DNA of 64,000 nt from Candidatus Parvarchaeum acidiphilum ARMAN-4 (GTDB lineage: Archaea > Nanobdellota > Nanobdellia > Parvarchaeales > Parvarchaeaceae), in NCBI GenBank assembly GCA_002412065.1, contig GG730040.1, positions 2,311-66,310 of the forward strand, written 5' to 3'. The notes beneath the pieces were generated by a model, which was given only the letters and a program-made list of their open reading frames with translations, searched no databases and had not been told where the DNA came from. A program made the translations under genes and the position numbers. This document shows positions 28,535 to 38,416 of this stretch, piece by piece (within the stretch, counting starts at the first letter, position 1; each line of letters starts with the position of its first letter).

Positions 28535-29563
28535 ATGAATTCGTTAACAGTAAGTGTTATAGGGCCGTATAGATCTGGAAAATCCACTCTTGTTAATAAA
28601 CTTCAGCAGAGAAAAGGTGCGGAAGAAGATGTATCTTTTTTCTTTTTTAAATATGGCGGAAAGAATGTTACTTTGATAGATACACCTGGGGATATGGATA
28701 ACCCGACTACGTTAGCTTCAGTTCTTACTCTATCTGATAGCATAATCTTCTGTGTTTCTCCCGAAAATGGAGTTAACCTTCAAGTAGGTGAGCAGATAAT
28801 AATGGCCAGCTCCATTGGCATAAAACATGGGTTGATATGCATAACAAAAGCAGACATATCCACATCAGAAGAGATATCCAAACTTGAAAAACAACTTTCT
28901 GCAATTATAAAAGGAACATCCATGGAAAATTTTGAGATTACGGTTATAGATATAAACAATGATCAGAGCATGGCAGATATAAGAGCAAAAATTTCAAGCT
29001 TTCCTTACTACTCAGAAAATATAGAGAAGCCGTTTAAAATTTTTATAGATCATGCTTTTGAATCAAAAGGCATGTCTGTTGCTGTTGGTACTATGCCAAC
29101 TGGTAAGATAGGGATACATTCCGAGGGGGTTATAGCACCAGCACCTTTTACCAAAGATATCTCTATAAATTCTATCCAGATCAATCAGGAAGACATGCAG
29201 TCTGCAGAAGCCGGAGACAGAGTAGGCGTTGCAATAAAAGGTGTGTGGCCCTGGGATCTGCCAAGAGGGGTTGAAATAAGAAAGAAAAGTAGTTTTAGAG
29301 ATATTAATGAAGGGGATTTAACTGTGGATATAAGCCCATTATACAAACAGGAAATAATAAATGATGTAAAGCTTAATTTAATAGTGAATTGGCAGAATAT
29401 TGTCGTTACTCTTAGTAATGTAAAGCGTGAAAATAACAAAGTAACTGCTCATTTTGTTGCTGACAAAAATTTCTGTTTTGATGAAAATGATAAAATGCTA
29501 CTAATAAATAAAGATCTTCCAATAAGGTTTTTGAGAGTAGTTGGCAAAGCTATAATATCCTAA
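28535..29563 (+). CDS. divergent translation-factor-family GTPase (G domain plus beta-barrel domain II, no domain III)
   Basis: G1 GPYRSGKST, G3 DTPGD and G4 TKAD. Domain-II-like GTMPTGKIGIHSEGVIAP...AGDRVGVAIKGV. Confidence 0.55.
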   Translation: MNSLTVSVIGPYRSGKSTLVNKLQQRKGAEEDVSFFFFKYGGKNVTLIDTPGDMDNPTTLASVLTLSDSIIFCVSPENGVNLQVGEQIIMASSIGIKHGLICITKADISTSEEISKLEKQLSAIIKGTSMENFEITVIDINNDQSMADIRAKISSFPYYSENIEKPFKIFIDHAFESKGMSVAVGTMPTGKIGIHSEGVIAPAPFTKDISINSIQINQEDMQSAEAGDRVGVAIKGVWPWDLPRGVEIRKKSSFRDINEGDLTVDISPLYKQEIINDVKLNLIVNWQNIVVTLSNVKRENNKVTAHFVADKNFCFDENDKMLLINKDLPIRFLRVVGKAIIS

Positions 29564-30214
29564 TTAGCCAAGAAGTACATTTTCAATTATCAAAGCTGGA
29601 AGTTTACTTACTGTCTCTTCATCAAAATCTGTTTCTTTTGTTAATAGTTCTCCCATTATCTTTTCAGCATCTTCTTTAGAAATCTTATTTTCGCTCAAAT
29701 CCTTGCTTATCTCCCTGTATCTAACTGAATCTATCATAGGAAAGTTCTCATAGGTTTTTATATAAGCTTCCATCTCTTTTTTGTAATTCTTAGCTTCTTC
29801 AATATCTATGATTTCTTTCCATAATTTGACTTCTTTTTCAGCAGTTTCGTTGCTGTCCGAAGCATGTACTAAATTTATCCCTTTTGTTGTTCCGTATCTT
29901 CCTCTTATCGACAAAGGATCTGCTTTTTCGCACATTGTCTTTCCCAGCAATGTTCTTACCTTCTCAACTACATTATCTCCGCTTGCTATTATTACTGCAA
30001 GTTCAGTAGCCGACATAAAATTCACTAGGTTGTCATAGAAAAATTTCCCTTTATGCTCTACATAATGCTTATCTGATAAAAATTCCTTTTTAGGTTTTAT
30101 AATATTAAAAAATTTTATTTCTAGCTCAAGATCCAATATATTTTTTAATGCTCTTGCACCCGAGTATCTCCTTACTATCCCGTCTGGCTTAAGTAATATT
30201 AACATTTCTTCCAT
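29564..30214 (-). CDS. ndk: nucleoside diphosphate kinase with ~70-aa C-terminal extension
   Basis: LILLKPDGIVRRY...HYVEHKGKFFYDNLVNFMSA...NLVHASDS (catalytic His). Confidence 0.85.
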   Translation of the reverse strand: MEEMLILLKPDGIVRRYSGARALKNILDLELEIKFFNIIKPKKEFLSDKHYVEHKGKFFYDNLVNFMSATELAVIIASGDNVVEKVRTLLGKTMCEKADPLSIRGRYGTTKGINLVHASDSNETAEKEVKLWKEIIDIEEAKNYKKEMEAYIKTYENFPMIDSVRYREISKDLSENKISKEDAEKIMGELLTKETDFDEETVSKLPALIIENVLLG

Positions 30215-30353
30215 TTCCTAATTAATTTTTTATAATATAAATAGATTCTACCCTTTGTTTAAATTTAATGGTGTTATAAATTCATAAAAAATAATTAGTT
30301 AACTTTATTACTGATAATGACTTATTTACTGTAATTAACTAGAGGTTAAAAAT

Positions 30354-32069
30354 ATGAGATCACCAATATGCGCTTTTTTAGGACACGTAGATGCAGGCAA
30401 AACTAGTATAATGGACGCGATAAGAGACACGATGAATGCCTATAAAGAGAGTGGGGGGCTTACTCAAAATATTGGTTCAACAGAGGTTCCAACTGACAGA
30501 ATAAAAGAGATAGCTAGCGATCTTCTCTCAAAATTTAATATAAATATAAAAGTACCAAGTATTCTATTCATTGATTCACCAGGTCATGAGGCTTTTGTTA
30601 CTTTAAGAAAGAGAGGCGCATCAATTGCAGATATAGTAATACTGACAGTAGACATAACAGAAGGTATCCAAAATCAAACAATAGAATCAATAGAGATACT
30701 GAAATCTTATAAGACTCCCTTTCTAATAGCTCTTACAAAAATTGATACAATAAGAGGGTTCTACAAGCAAGAAAATAAGTCTTTTCTAGAGTTTATATCA
30801 AAACAGAATCAGGATTATATTCAAAAGCTTGATGAAAAGATATACAACCTAATTGCTGATTTTTCAATTTATGGTTTTCAGGCTGAAAGATATGATAGGG
30901 TAAAAGAATTCACCAAAGAAATTTCAATAATTCCTCTATCTTCAATTAATAGTATCGGAATAAAAGATTTAATTGTAATGATAATAGGGTTAAGCCAAAG
31001 ATACTTAGAACTAGATAAACAGACCTCAAATAGTGCGGCAATACTTGAGGAAAAGAATGTAAAAGGATTAGGTAAAGTATATGATGCTATAGTTTATTCT
31101 GGCAAGATATCGGTAGGGGATAAAGTGATCGTACAAACTCAGAATGGTACAATTGAAAATAAGATAAAGGGGATTATGCGTCTTATCCCAATGGAAGAAA
31201 GTCGGGAAAATTTTGGTAAATATGATAGCTTATCTTCAATTGAAGCAACAGCTCCAATAAGACTGATTCTGAGAGAGCCGAATGCTATGATAGGCACATC
31301 AATAACTGCTTTTGTTTCAGATGAAGAAAAGAATAAAATAATAGAGGAAATAAACGCAGAAAATGTGGGTTATAACAATGATGAAAGTAAAGGTTTGGTG
31401 GTTTGTGCCGATTCTATAGGCAGTATAGATGCTATAAGGAACATAGCAAAATCATTTGGGATAGAAATTGGAAAGACAAAGATAGGTGAGCCATCAAAAA
31501 TGGATATAACGACCGCTAGTATAAACGGTGGCGCATTGATATGTTTTAATGTTCCTATCTCTAGGCAGACGGAAAGCATGGCAGAAGAATACAGTGTCAA
31601 GATAATAAGTGCAAATTCTATATACACCCTTTTTGATAGCTATAATGAGTTCGAGAAAGAATTAAAGAACATGAATCTAGAAAAAAAATTAGAACGTTTG
31701 AAGTTGCCTTCTAAATTTGTTTTTATTAAAGGAAACATATTCCGTAGATCCAGCCCGTGTGTTTTTGGTGTTGAAGTATTAGGAGGAGAGATAAGACAAA
31801 ATTATCCGATAATAAATGTTAAAGGAGAAAGAGTTGGCAGGATTCTAGATATAGAATCAGATAAGACAAAATTAAACAGGGCAATTATAGGTGATAAGGT
31901 GGCTATAAGCATAGATGACGCAGTTTACGGCAGAAACATAATCGATGGCGATATACTTTATACTGACATAAGTATGCCTGATGTTATGAAGTTTGATGAT
32001 GTGGCAGAGGAACTAACTTCAGACTACAGAGAAGTATTGTCAGAAATACGAAAGATAAAAGGGATTTAG
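30354..32069 (+). CDS. infB: translation initiation factor aIF5B (IF2 homologue)
   Basis: PICAFLGHVDAGKTSIMDAIR (G1), DSPGHEAF (G3) and TKID (G4), plus the C-terminal beta-barrel domains. Confidence 0.85.
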   Translation: MRSPICAFLGHVDAGKTSIMDAIRDTMNAYKESGGLTQNIGSTEVPTDRIKEIASDLLSKFNINIKVPSILFIDSPGHEAFVTLRKRGASIADIVILTVDITEGIQNQTIESIEILKSYKTPFLIALTKIDTIRGFYKQENKSFLEFISKQNQDYIQKLDEKIYNLIADFSIYGFQAERYDRVKEFTKEISIIPLSSINSIGIKDLIVMIIGLSQRYLELDKQTSNSAAILEEKNVKGLGKVYDAIVYSGKISVGDKVIVQTQNGTIENKIKGIMRLIPMEESRENFGKYDSLSSIEATAPIRLILREPNAMIGTSITAFVSDEEKNKIIEEINAENVGYNNDESKGLVVCADSIGSIDAIRNIAKSFGIEIGKTKIGEPSKMDITTASINGGALICFNVPISRQTESMAEEYSVKIISANSIYTLFDSYNEFEKELKNMNLEKKLERLKLPSKFVFIKGNIFRRSSPCVFGVEVLGGEIRQNYPIINVKGERVGRILDIESDKTKLNRAIIGDKVAISIDDAVYGRNIIDGDILYTDISMPDVMKFDDVAEELTSDYREVLSEIRKIKGI

Positions 32070-32887
32070 GGCCAATTTTTAATTGCCTTTTCATATAGTT
32101 CTATACTATCACATGGGAGCCATTTTCCAGAGTAAATAAATCCATCAATTATTCTTTTCTCTACAACCTTCTCAAATACATTTGAAATGTTTGATTCTCC
32201 AGAAGGTATGAAACTTAGAAATGCAGGATTTATAACATATATACCGGCATTCACAAGATGGGAGACCTGTTCTATTTTAGGTTTTTCTATGAATTTTACT
32301 ATCTTGTTGCCTTCCATTTCAACAACCCCGAACTGTGAAACGCCATCCCTAAGAACTAAAGCTATTGTTGCCATTGCTTTTTCTTTTTTATGGAATTCAT
32401 ATATCTTGTTTAAGTCAAAATCAAATAAGTTATCTCCATTTAAAACGATAAAATCCTCCTGGAAAAGGTTCTGATTCTTTTTTATTGCTCCACCTGTGCC
32501 TACAGGAGTAGTTTCTTCAGAGTATCTTATTCTTACCCCAAATTTACTTCCATCCCCGAAGTATTCTTTAATCCTGCTTCCTAAATACCCTATGGAGATT
32601 ATTATATCTACAAATTCAGCTTTTTTTAACTGTTCTATTATATGTTCTAGTATCGGCCGGCCATTCACAAGCATCATAGGCTTTGGTATCTCATATGTAA
32701 GTGGTCTCAGTCTTGTTCCGGATCCTCCAGCAAGTATCAGGGCCATCTTGTTTTTATTCGGCTCAAAATGTTCTTTTATAAAACGCTCAATAGCTATTGA
32801 TCGATTAGGTATATTTATACCATCAACGGTTTTGTCAATTTTTTCTAGAGTTTTTTCGTTTATTGTAATGGTTATCCTTTTCTTCAT
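32066..32887 (-). CDS. sugar-phosphate nucleotidyltransferase with N-terminal ribbon-helix-helix-like extension
   Basis: ALILAGGSGTRLRPLTYEIPKPMM is the NTP-transferase signature. The N-terminal 45 aa (KRITITINEKTLEKIDK...NRSIAIERFIKEH) looks like a CopG/RHH fold. Confidence 0.75.
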   Translation of the reverse strand: MKKRITITINEKTLEKIDKTVDGINIPNRSIAIERFIKEHFEPNKNKMALILAGGSGTRLRPLTYEIPKPMMLVNGRPILEHIIEQLKKAEFVDIIISIGYLGSRIKEYFGDGSKFGVRIRYSEETTPVGTGGAIKKNQNLFQEDFIVLNGDNLFDFDLNKIYEFHKKEKAMATIALVLRDGVSQFGVVEMEGNKIVKFIEKPKIEQVSHLVNAGIYVINPAFLSFIPSGESNISNVFEKVVEKRIIDGFIYSGKWLPCDSIELYEKAIKNWP

Positions 32888-32905
32888 ACTAATTCATACT
32901 TTGTA

Positions 32906-34054
32906 TTATTTATAAGGCTTTTGCATTATTTCATTTACAGTATCATCTAGATTCATTATAAATCTCTTTTCATCATAGACTTTTGATTTTTTAGCGCCTT
33001 CTACAAGTTTAGTGTAAAATTTACGGTTCAATACGCTGTTAAGTGCGTTCGCTATGCTTTTTTCATCTGCATTTACAAGCAGGCCATTTTCTTCATTTTT
33101 TATAAATTCTTTTGGGCCCCCTTCATTTACAGCTATTACTGGTTTTCTGTATGCAAGTGATTCTAAGGGAGTATACCCAGTATCCTCATTTATCGCAAGG
33201 AATAAAGTAACGTAGCACTTTTTATAAAGATCAGTAAGTTCTTTTTCTGAAAGGTTATCTTTTACAATTATATTCGCGCTGCCTAGTTTTTTTATTTCTT
33301 TAAAATATTCTTTGTCTTCCGCGAATCCTCCCAATACTAATTTAAAGCCATGTTTAGGGAGTTCTGACATTTTGAACGCATTTATTGCAAGTTCTTGTCT
33401 TTTATACTTAATAAAACGGCTTGGATAAAATATAATTTTTTCTGTTTTTGAGGTTTTATTTATCTTTGGGTATTTAGCATACGGGCCCAAATTAAATATT
33501 TTTTTATTGTCGATTAAATGGTAACTGACAAGTCTGTTTCTAACCTCCTCACTGAATACAATCGAGTAATCTATTCGTTTCCACGCCAATCTTTCTAATA
33601 TCTTATATACAGATACTGCAAAAGGTAGAATTATTCTATTTTTAATGCTTTCTTTTTTGTAATAATTATACATAGTATGAGCTACTCTTAATGGGGTATG
33701 GCACATAGCTACTGTTCTTTGGTGCTTATTCCTAAATGTTATAATTTCTGATATTCCTGCTGTGGAGATAATAAAAATATCATAGCTTTTCAAGTTAGGG
33801 ATTTTAGCTAGTATAAGCGACTTAAACAAATTAAATCCTCTTGTAACAAATCCGCTTAATTTTGCATTTCCAAGTACATTTATATTATATTTATTAAATT
33901 CATCGAATGTTTGGTTTTTGTCATAAAAAAAGGTAAAAACATCTGTTTGATATCGTTTATCTTCCAGAAACTTAAGGATAACCCTTTCTACCCCTCCCTT
34001 ACTTTTTAGCCATGGCACGAATATTGCCATTTTTATTTTCTTATTTTGTACCAT
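32906..34054 (-). CDS. glycosyltransferase family 4 (GT-B, group 1)
   Basis: C-terminal E-x7-E-like region GYTPLESLAYRKPVIAVNEGGPKEFI. Confidence 0.75.
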   Translation of the reverse strand: MVQNKKIKMAIFVPWLKSKGGVERVILKFLEDKRYQTDVFTFFYDKNQTFDEFNKYNINVLGNAKLSGFVTRGFNLFKSLILAKIPNLKSYDIFIISTAGISEIITFRNKHQRTVAMCHTPLRVAHTMYNYYKKESIKNRIILPFAVSVYKILERLAWKRIDYSIVFSEEVRNRLVSYHLIDNKKIFNLGPYAKYPKINKTSKTEKIIFYPSRFIKYKRQELAINAFKMSELPKHGFKLVLGGFAEDKEYFKEIKKLGSANIIVKDNLSEKELTDLYKKCYVTLFLAINEDTGYTPLESLAYRKPVIAVNEGGPKEFIKNEENGLLVNADEKSIANALNSVLNRKFYTKLVEGAKKSKVYDEKRFIMNLDDTVNEIMQKPYK

Positions 34055-34091
34055 TCAATATTTAATACTTAAACAACCAATATTAATATTT

Positions 34092-34775
34092 ATGTTAGAT
34101 AATCGTAAAGGTCAGTACTCTGTAGAATACACGATAATAATTGGTATTGGACTAAGCATTATTGCAGCATTTTTAATATATATCACCTTTTTTTACGGTT
34201 CTTTTTCATTGAGTTCATCAGCAAGTCAGATAAAAACTTTATCCGATACAATTGCAAATCATGTTAACTATATAGCCTCAGAAGGTCCAGGGTCTATGCA
34301 AACCTTTCCAATAACCCTTCCATTGTTGCAACAACAATATTCTTTTTTCTGTGGGGATATAATAAAATTGCAGACAACTACAGAATTGGGCGTTTCTAAA
34401 CCTGGTGAAAACGTGTCAGGGATGTTACCTTTAACGAGCGGAACATTTGATGCATTTGCACGAGCTGAAAATGGTAGTGCAATAATTGGGCTTCGTTTCT
34501 TAATTTCATATGTTCTTGGGTCTTACTCAGTTTCTTCTAATACCCTGTCTTATTCCCTTTCTTTTTATAACTACTCTGGGGATCTTAAAGGAACGGCTTT
34601 TAATATTTCATTGTTGTCTACAGGGGGGGCTTATATAACAAGTGCAAAGTCATCTACTACTTCAGGTCAGGCCTCAGGCACCCTCACATTGCCTTCTTCA
34701 GCCCCTGTTGAATATGTGCTTGAAGTTACTCCATCCGGATCGGGAGATTATTATTCTACTTGCGTAACGGGGTAA
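34092..34775 (+). CDS. archaeal type IV pilin-like protein (class III signal peptide)
   Basis: N-terminus MLDNRKG|QYSVEYTIIIGIGLSIIAAFLIY is a basic region, then a Gly at -1 and a hydrophobic helix. The mature domain is Ser/Thr-rich. Confidence 0.7.
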   Translation: MLDNRKGQYSVEYTIIIGIGLSIIAAFLIYITFFYGSFSLSSSASQIKTLSDTIANHVNYIASEGPGSMQTFPITLPLLQQQYSFFCGDIIKLQTTTELGVSKPGENVSGMLPLTSGTFDAFARAENGSAIIGLRFLISYVLGSYSVSSNTLSYSLSFYNYSGDLKGTAFNISLLSTGGAYITSAKSSTTSGQASGTLTLPSSAPVEYVLEVTPSGSGDYYSTCVTG

Positions 34776-34873
34776 TCTCTTGCTAATAAACGATTTTAAT
34801 ATTAGATTTTTTATATAAAAACAATAAAAACGAAAGCTTTATATACTACTTAGTTCCATAGTATTTAAATCTT

Positions 34874-35797
34874 ATGAAAGTAGTAACAAGCAAATATAAC
34901 ATCAAATGTCCCTCATGCGGTAGCACTTCAGTAATGTATGATAAGACAACTGGGGAATTAGTCTGCCAAAATTGCGGATATGTGATAGAGAGCGATACTA
35001 TAGACTACGGTAGGGAATGGCGTTCTTTTGAGGATGAAAGAGATGAAGGAAAAGGAAGGATGGGCTCTCCTTTAAGCTATGCAAAGTACGATAAAGGTAC
35101 AAGTACAGTAATTGGAAAAGCAAGTGAATCTATAAAACTCTCAAATGCAAATAGAAGAACTTTTTATAAATTAAGGAAATGGCAGCCTAGGATATCTACA
35201 GCATACGAAAGAAACCTAAAGTTTGCATTGACTGAATTAAGACATGCAAGTAATCGTTTACATGTTTCGAATATAATACAGGAAGAAGCAGCTAAAATGT
35301 ACAGAGAAGCGATAACAAGAAGACTTGTAAGAGGAAGATCAATGGAAAGTGTTATAGCAGGTGCGCTTTATGCCGCTGCAAGAAAACACAATAGACCTAT
35401 TACACTGGATGAGATATCTGAAACTTTTGAAGTTGAAAGAAAAGAAGTAGGGAAGGCTTACAGATTATTGTGCAGGGAACTAGGAATAAAAATATTACCA
35501 AGTTCACCAAGCGATTATATCTATAAATTTGCATCAGAATTAGGGGTTTCGAATAAAACTGTTTCGGATGCTGTAAAACTGCTTAAAGAAGCAGAAGACA
35601 AAGGGCTTACAAGTGGAAAAGGCCCAATGGGAATAGCAGCAGCAGTGCTTTATGTTGCAACTCTTATAAACAAAGAAAAGAAGACACAGAGAGATGCTGC
35701 AAAAGCCGCGGGTATAACGGAAGTTACTATAAGGAACAGGTACAAAGAGCTTTACAGAGTCTTAAACCTAAAAGAACGATTTAAGATAGATGATTAA
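34874..35797 (+). CDS. tfb: transcription initiation factor TFB (TFIIB)
   Basis: Zn ribbon CPSCGS...CQNCG followed by two cyclin-fold repeats. Confidence 0.9.
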   Translation: MKVVTSKYNIKCPSCGSTSVMYDKTTGELVCQNCGYVIESDTIDYGREWRSFEDERDEGKGRMGSPLSYAKYDKGTSTVIGKASESIKLSNANRRTFYKLRKWQPRISTAYERNLKFALTELRHASNRLHVSNIIQEEAAKMYREAITRRLVRGRSMESVIAGALYAAARKHNRPITLDEISETFEVERKEVGKAYRLLCRELGIKILPSSPSDYIYKFASELGVSNKTVSDAVKLLKEAEDKGLTSGKGPMGIAAAVLYVATLINKEKKTQRDAAKAAGITEVTIRNRYKELYRVLNLKERFKIDD

Positions 35798-35843
35798 GCA
35801 CAAGTATTAAAAATCTTTATTAATTGCTTGTATATTTATTGTT

Positions 35844-36923
35844 ATGGAGCTTTTTAATGAAGGTCAGGTTATATTCTATGCAGAAGATAAGCAGCTTAAA
35901 AAGGCAGGAGTATTCTTTAATCCTAAAAGAGAATTTGATAGAGATCTTAATGTTCTTGTAGTGTCATCTTTAATAAGTAATAAATCAGCGGGTTTAGAAC
36001 TATTTTCTGGTAGTGGGATAAGGGGTTTAAGGCTGTGTATAGAAAGTAATAAGTTTAACAAATTTACATTTAATGACATAAAATCATATGATACAGTAAA
36101 AAGAAATCTCGAACTTAATAAGAAAAGATTATTAAGCACTGATAAAACTGTAAATAATACCGATGCGACTTTATTTGAATCAAGCAGTAAATACGATTAT
36201 ATAGACATAGATCCTTTTGGCTCTCCAGTCTTTTACTTAGATTCTGCATTGAATTTATTAAAGAGAGGAGGTGTACTTGCAGTTAGCGCTACTGATACAG
36301 CGGCACTTCTTGGTAGCGCCCAAAAAGCCTGTCTAAGAAAATACGGTTCAGTATCACCTCAAACTTCATACAGCAATGAATTAGGGATAAGGATTCTTAT
36401 AAAGAAAGTAATCGAATATGGATTAAATCATTCTATAAATCTTGTACCTATCCTATTTAATTTTGAAGGCAATTTTATTCGTGTTTACTTTAAGGCAGAT
36501 CCTTCAAAAATTAAACCAAGCATTGGGTATGCTTATCAGTGTTATAAGTGTCCTAATAGGGTAACAAAAGCATTATTGAAGTGTGATTATTGTGGTGGCA
36601 GGATGCATAAAATTGGTCCAATGTGGCTTGGAAGCTTGCACAATGAAAAATATTTAAATAAAATGATTTCATCCTTGAAAAAGAACAGGATGAAATTTTC
36701 AGATAAAGCTTCGCTCAAACTTATGAATTATCTAAATGCAGTTTTGAGCGAATTGCCAGTATTCTCTTATTATACTACAAGTGAGATATCCTCCTTTTTA
36801 AAGCAACCAGAAATAAAGATATCAAAATTTAAGAACAGAACAGTTCTATCCCCAAAAGGTTTTAGAACAAAAAATAGTTTCTCCAATCTTATAGCTACTT
36901 TGGATTCGAAACAATCAGAATAG
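35844..36923 (+). CDS. trm1: tRNA (guanine26-N2)-dimethyltransferase Trm1
   Basis: IDIDPFGSPVFYLDSALNLLKRGGVLAVSATD plus a C-terminal Cys cluster. Confidence 0.8.
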   Translation: MELFNEGQVIFYAEDKQLKKAGVFFNPKREFDRDLNVLVVSSLISNKSAGLELFSGSGIRGLRLCIESNKFNKFTFNDIKSYDTVKRNLELNKKRLLSTDKTVNNTDATLFESSSKYDYIDIDPFGSPVFYLDSALNLLKRGGVLAVSATDTAALLGSAQKACLRKYGSVSPQTSYSNELGIRILIKKVIEYGLNHSINLVPILFNFEGNFIRVYFKADPSKIKPSIGYAYQCYKCPNRVTKALLKCDYCGGRMHKIGPMWLGSLHNEKYLNKMISSLKKNRMKFSDKASLKLMNYLNAVLSELPVFSYYTTSEISSFLKQPEIKISKFKNRTVLSPKGFRTKNSFSNLIATLDSKQSE

Positions 36924-37166
36924 CTTTATTTCTTGATTCATTGCTTGTCCAGGCAATCCTCTTCTAAATCTGATAACTACTCTTCCTTAATCACCGTGCG
37001 CCCTTACAATCACGCCCTTTATAGACGACTTTGAGAATGCAATTTCCACCTTTTTCCCGATGAATTTTTTGGCTTCTTCTCTGCTATTTACCTTTTCTAT
37101 GCTGGCTATAGCCTGATTAACTTTTTGTGTCTTTCTTCCTCTTCTATAAGATAATACTTTTGCCAT
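36915..37166 (-). pseudogene. rpl35ae: ribosomal protein eL33 (L35Ae) with in-frame TAA at 36987-36989. Possible substitution error or genuine pseudogene
   Basis: MAKVLSYRRGRKTQKVNQAIASIEKVNSREEAKKFIGKKVEIAFSKSSIKGVIVRAHGD, then a stop, then GRVVIRFRRGLPGQAMNQEIKLF. The stop sits exactly where the conserved HGN-S-GVVRAKF motif continues. Confidence 0.75.
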
Positions 37167-37167
37167 A

Positions 37168-38271
37168 TCACTCCTCCTTTTGTAGATATTTATCCTTTAT
37201 TTCTTTGTCTGTCTGCTTTAATAAATCTTTATCTATTATAGGTTTTGCCTCGCCCTTAGTTTCTCTTATTTTATCTATTATAGAAGTTATCTTTTCTACT
37301 AAATATTTACTGTCTTTAAGCTTCTTATCAAAGTCCTCTCCAGTTATTGTTTTTACCTCTCCGTGATCTATCTTTTTGAACCATTTCACTATTTCTTCTA
37401 CTTTTTCAGCGTCTTCTTTAGTAAGGACCTTCTCTTTTGTTACTGCTATTTCATCTAATTCTTTTGCTACTTGTTTAGGCACAGGAGGCAGATATCCATA
37501 CTCCATTAAGAGTGCCTGCCCGGCTGAAACTACTGAATTATAAAGATCAAGGCTTAATTTTGTAGTTAATACATTTTCAGCAAGCATTATAAGGCCCTCT
37601 GCGCTTTCTATATTATTGTTTATAGACTCTTGTGTTGGCACTATATTACCAGTTTTATACAGCATTTGTATCGGAACGAAAAAGCCAGTATCATAGACTG
37701 CTACACCGTCTCTTAATAATGTAAGTATAACTGGATTAGGTTTTATTATAGATCCCCAAAATTCTGATAGAGGGTATGCCTGTGCATGTATCTTATCAGA
37801 GAAATCCCTTGCTATCTCTGCCATTTTTGCAAATAATCTGTCCCTTAACTGTTCCAAGGTGAATTTTTGTATGTCTGTGTCATCTACTATAAATGCTATG
37901 TCTATATCAGATGTGCTTGTCATTCCAGTTTTTGTTTTTGAACTGCCGAATATCACAATTGATTTTATGTATCTTCTAAAAAGACTCAATACCCGTAGGA
38001 AATAAGCCCTTATTGAATTGGCGTCTTTAGATGGAAGAACTTTGTTTAGAACATCAAATGATAAGCCAGCAAGCTGTCCTGGAGGTTCTACTGATTCAGC
38101 GTTTTCACCTTCTCCAACTTCTAAGCCTATAAAAGAACCCATGTAATCTACTCTCTCGTTAAGTTCATCTATCTTTGATGATAGTGCGTCTATAGTTGAA
38201 AAAAGCTTGTTTAAAGTTGCTTCTATCGGGTTTATATTCTCAGTTTGATGCATAATACCTCCATTTATCAA
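37168..38271 (-). CDS. Pol-beta-superfamily nucleotidyltransferase domain protein (N-terminal coiled coil, central minimal NTase, helical C-terminal region, KE-rich tail)
   Basis: IVIFGSSKTKTGMTSTSDIDIAFIVDD matches the GS-x(9-13)-DxD NTase motif. Its stop lies 1 nt from the rpl35ae start on the same strand. Confidence 0.6.
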   Translation of the reverse strand: MINGGIMHQTENINPIEATLNKLFSTIDALSSKIDELNERVDYMGSFIGLEVGEGENAESVEPPGQLAGLSFDVLNKVLPSKDANSIRAYFLRVLSLFRRYIKSIVIFGSSKTKTGMTSTSDIDIAFIVDDTDIQKFTLEQLRDRLFAKMAEIARDFSDKIHAQAYPLSEFWGSIIKPNPVILTLLRDGVAVYDTGFFVPIQMLYKTGNIVPTQESINNNIESAEGLIMLAENVLTTKLSLDLYNSVVSAGQALLMEYGYLPPVPKQVAKELDEIAVTKEKVLTKEDAEKVEEIVKWFKKIDHGEVKTITGEDFDKKLKDSKYLVEKITSIIDKIRETKGEAKPIIDKDLLKQTDKEIKDKYLQKEE

Positions 38272-38416
38272 ACTATAACGCTGATTATTTATAAGCCTTT
38301 GCTAAAATTTTTATAATCCTAGTATTAATAAACAAATTTTTATAAAAAATACAATTTTTCTGCTTAAATCTGTAATTTGTATATATTATTTAAATTAGTA
38401 GTATCTAATAAGATTT
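38272..38416. promoter_or_regulatory. AT-rich divergent intergenic region with TATA-like elements (candidate promoters for 37168..38271 and 38417..40147)
   Basis: tttataatc and tatatatta elements within ~30-40 nt of the flanking start codons. Confidence 0.3.
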
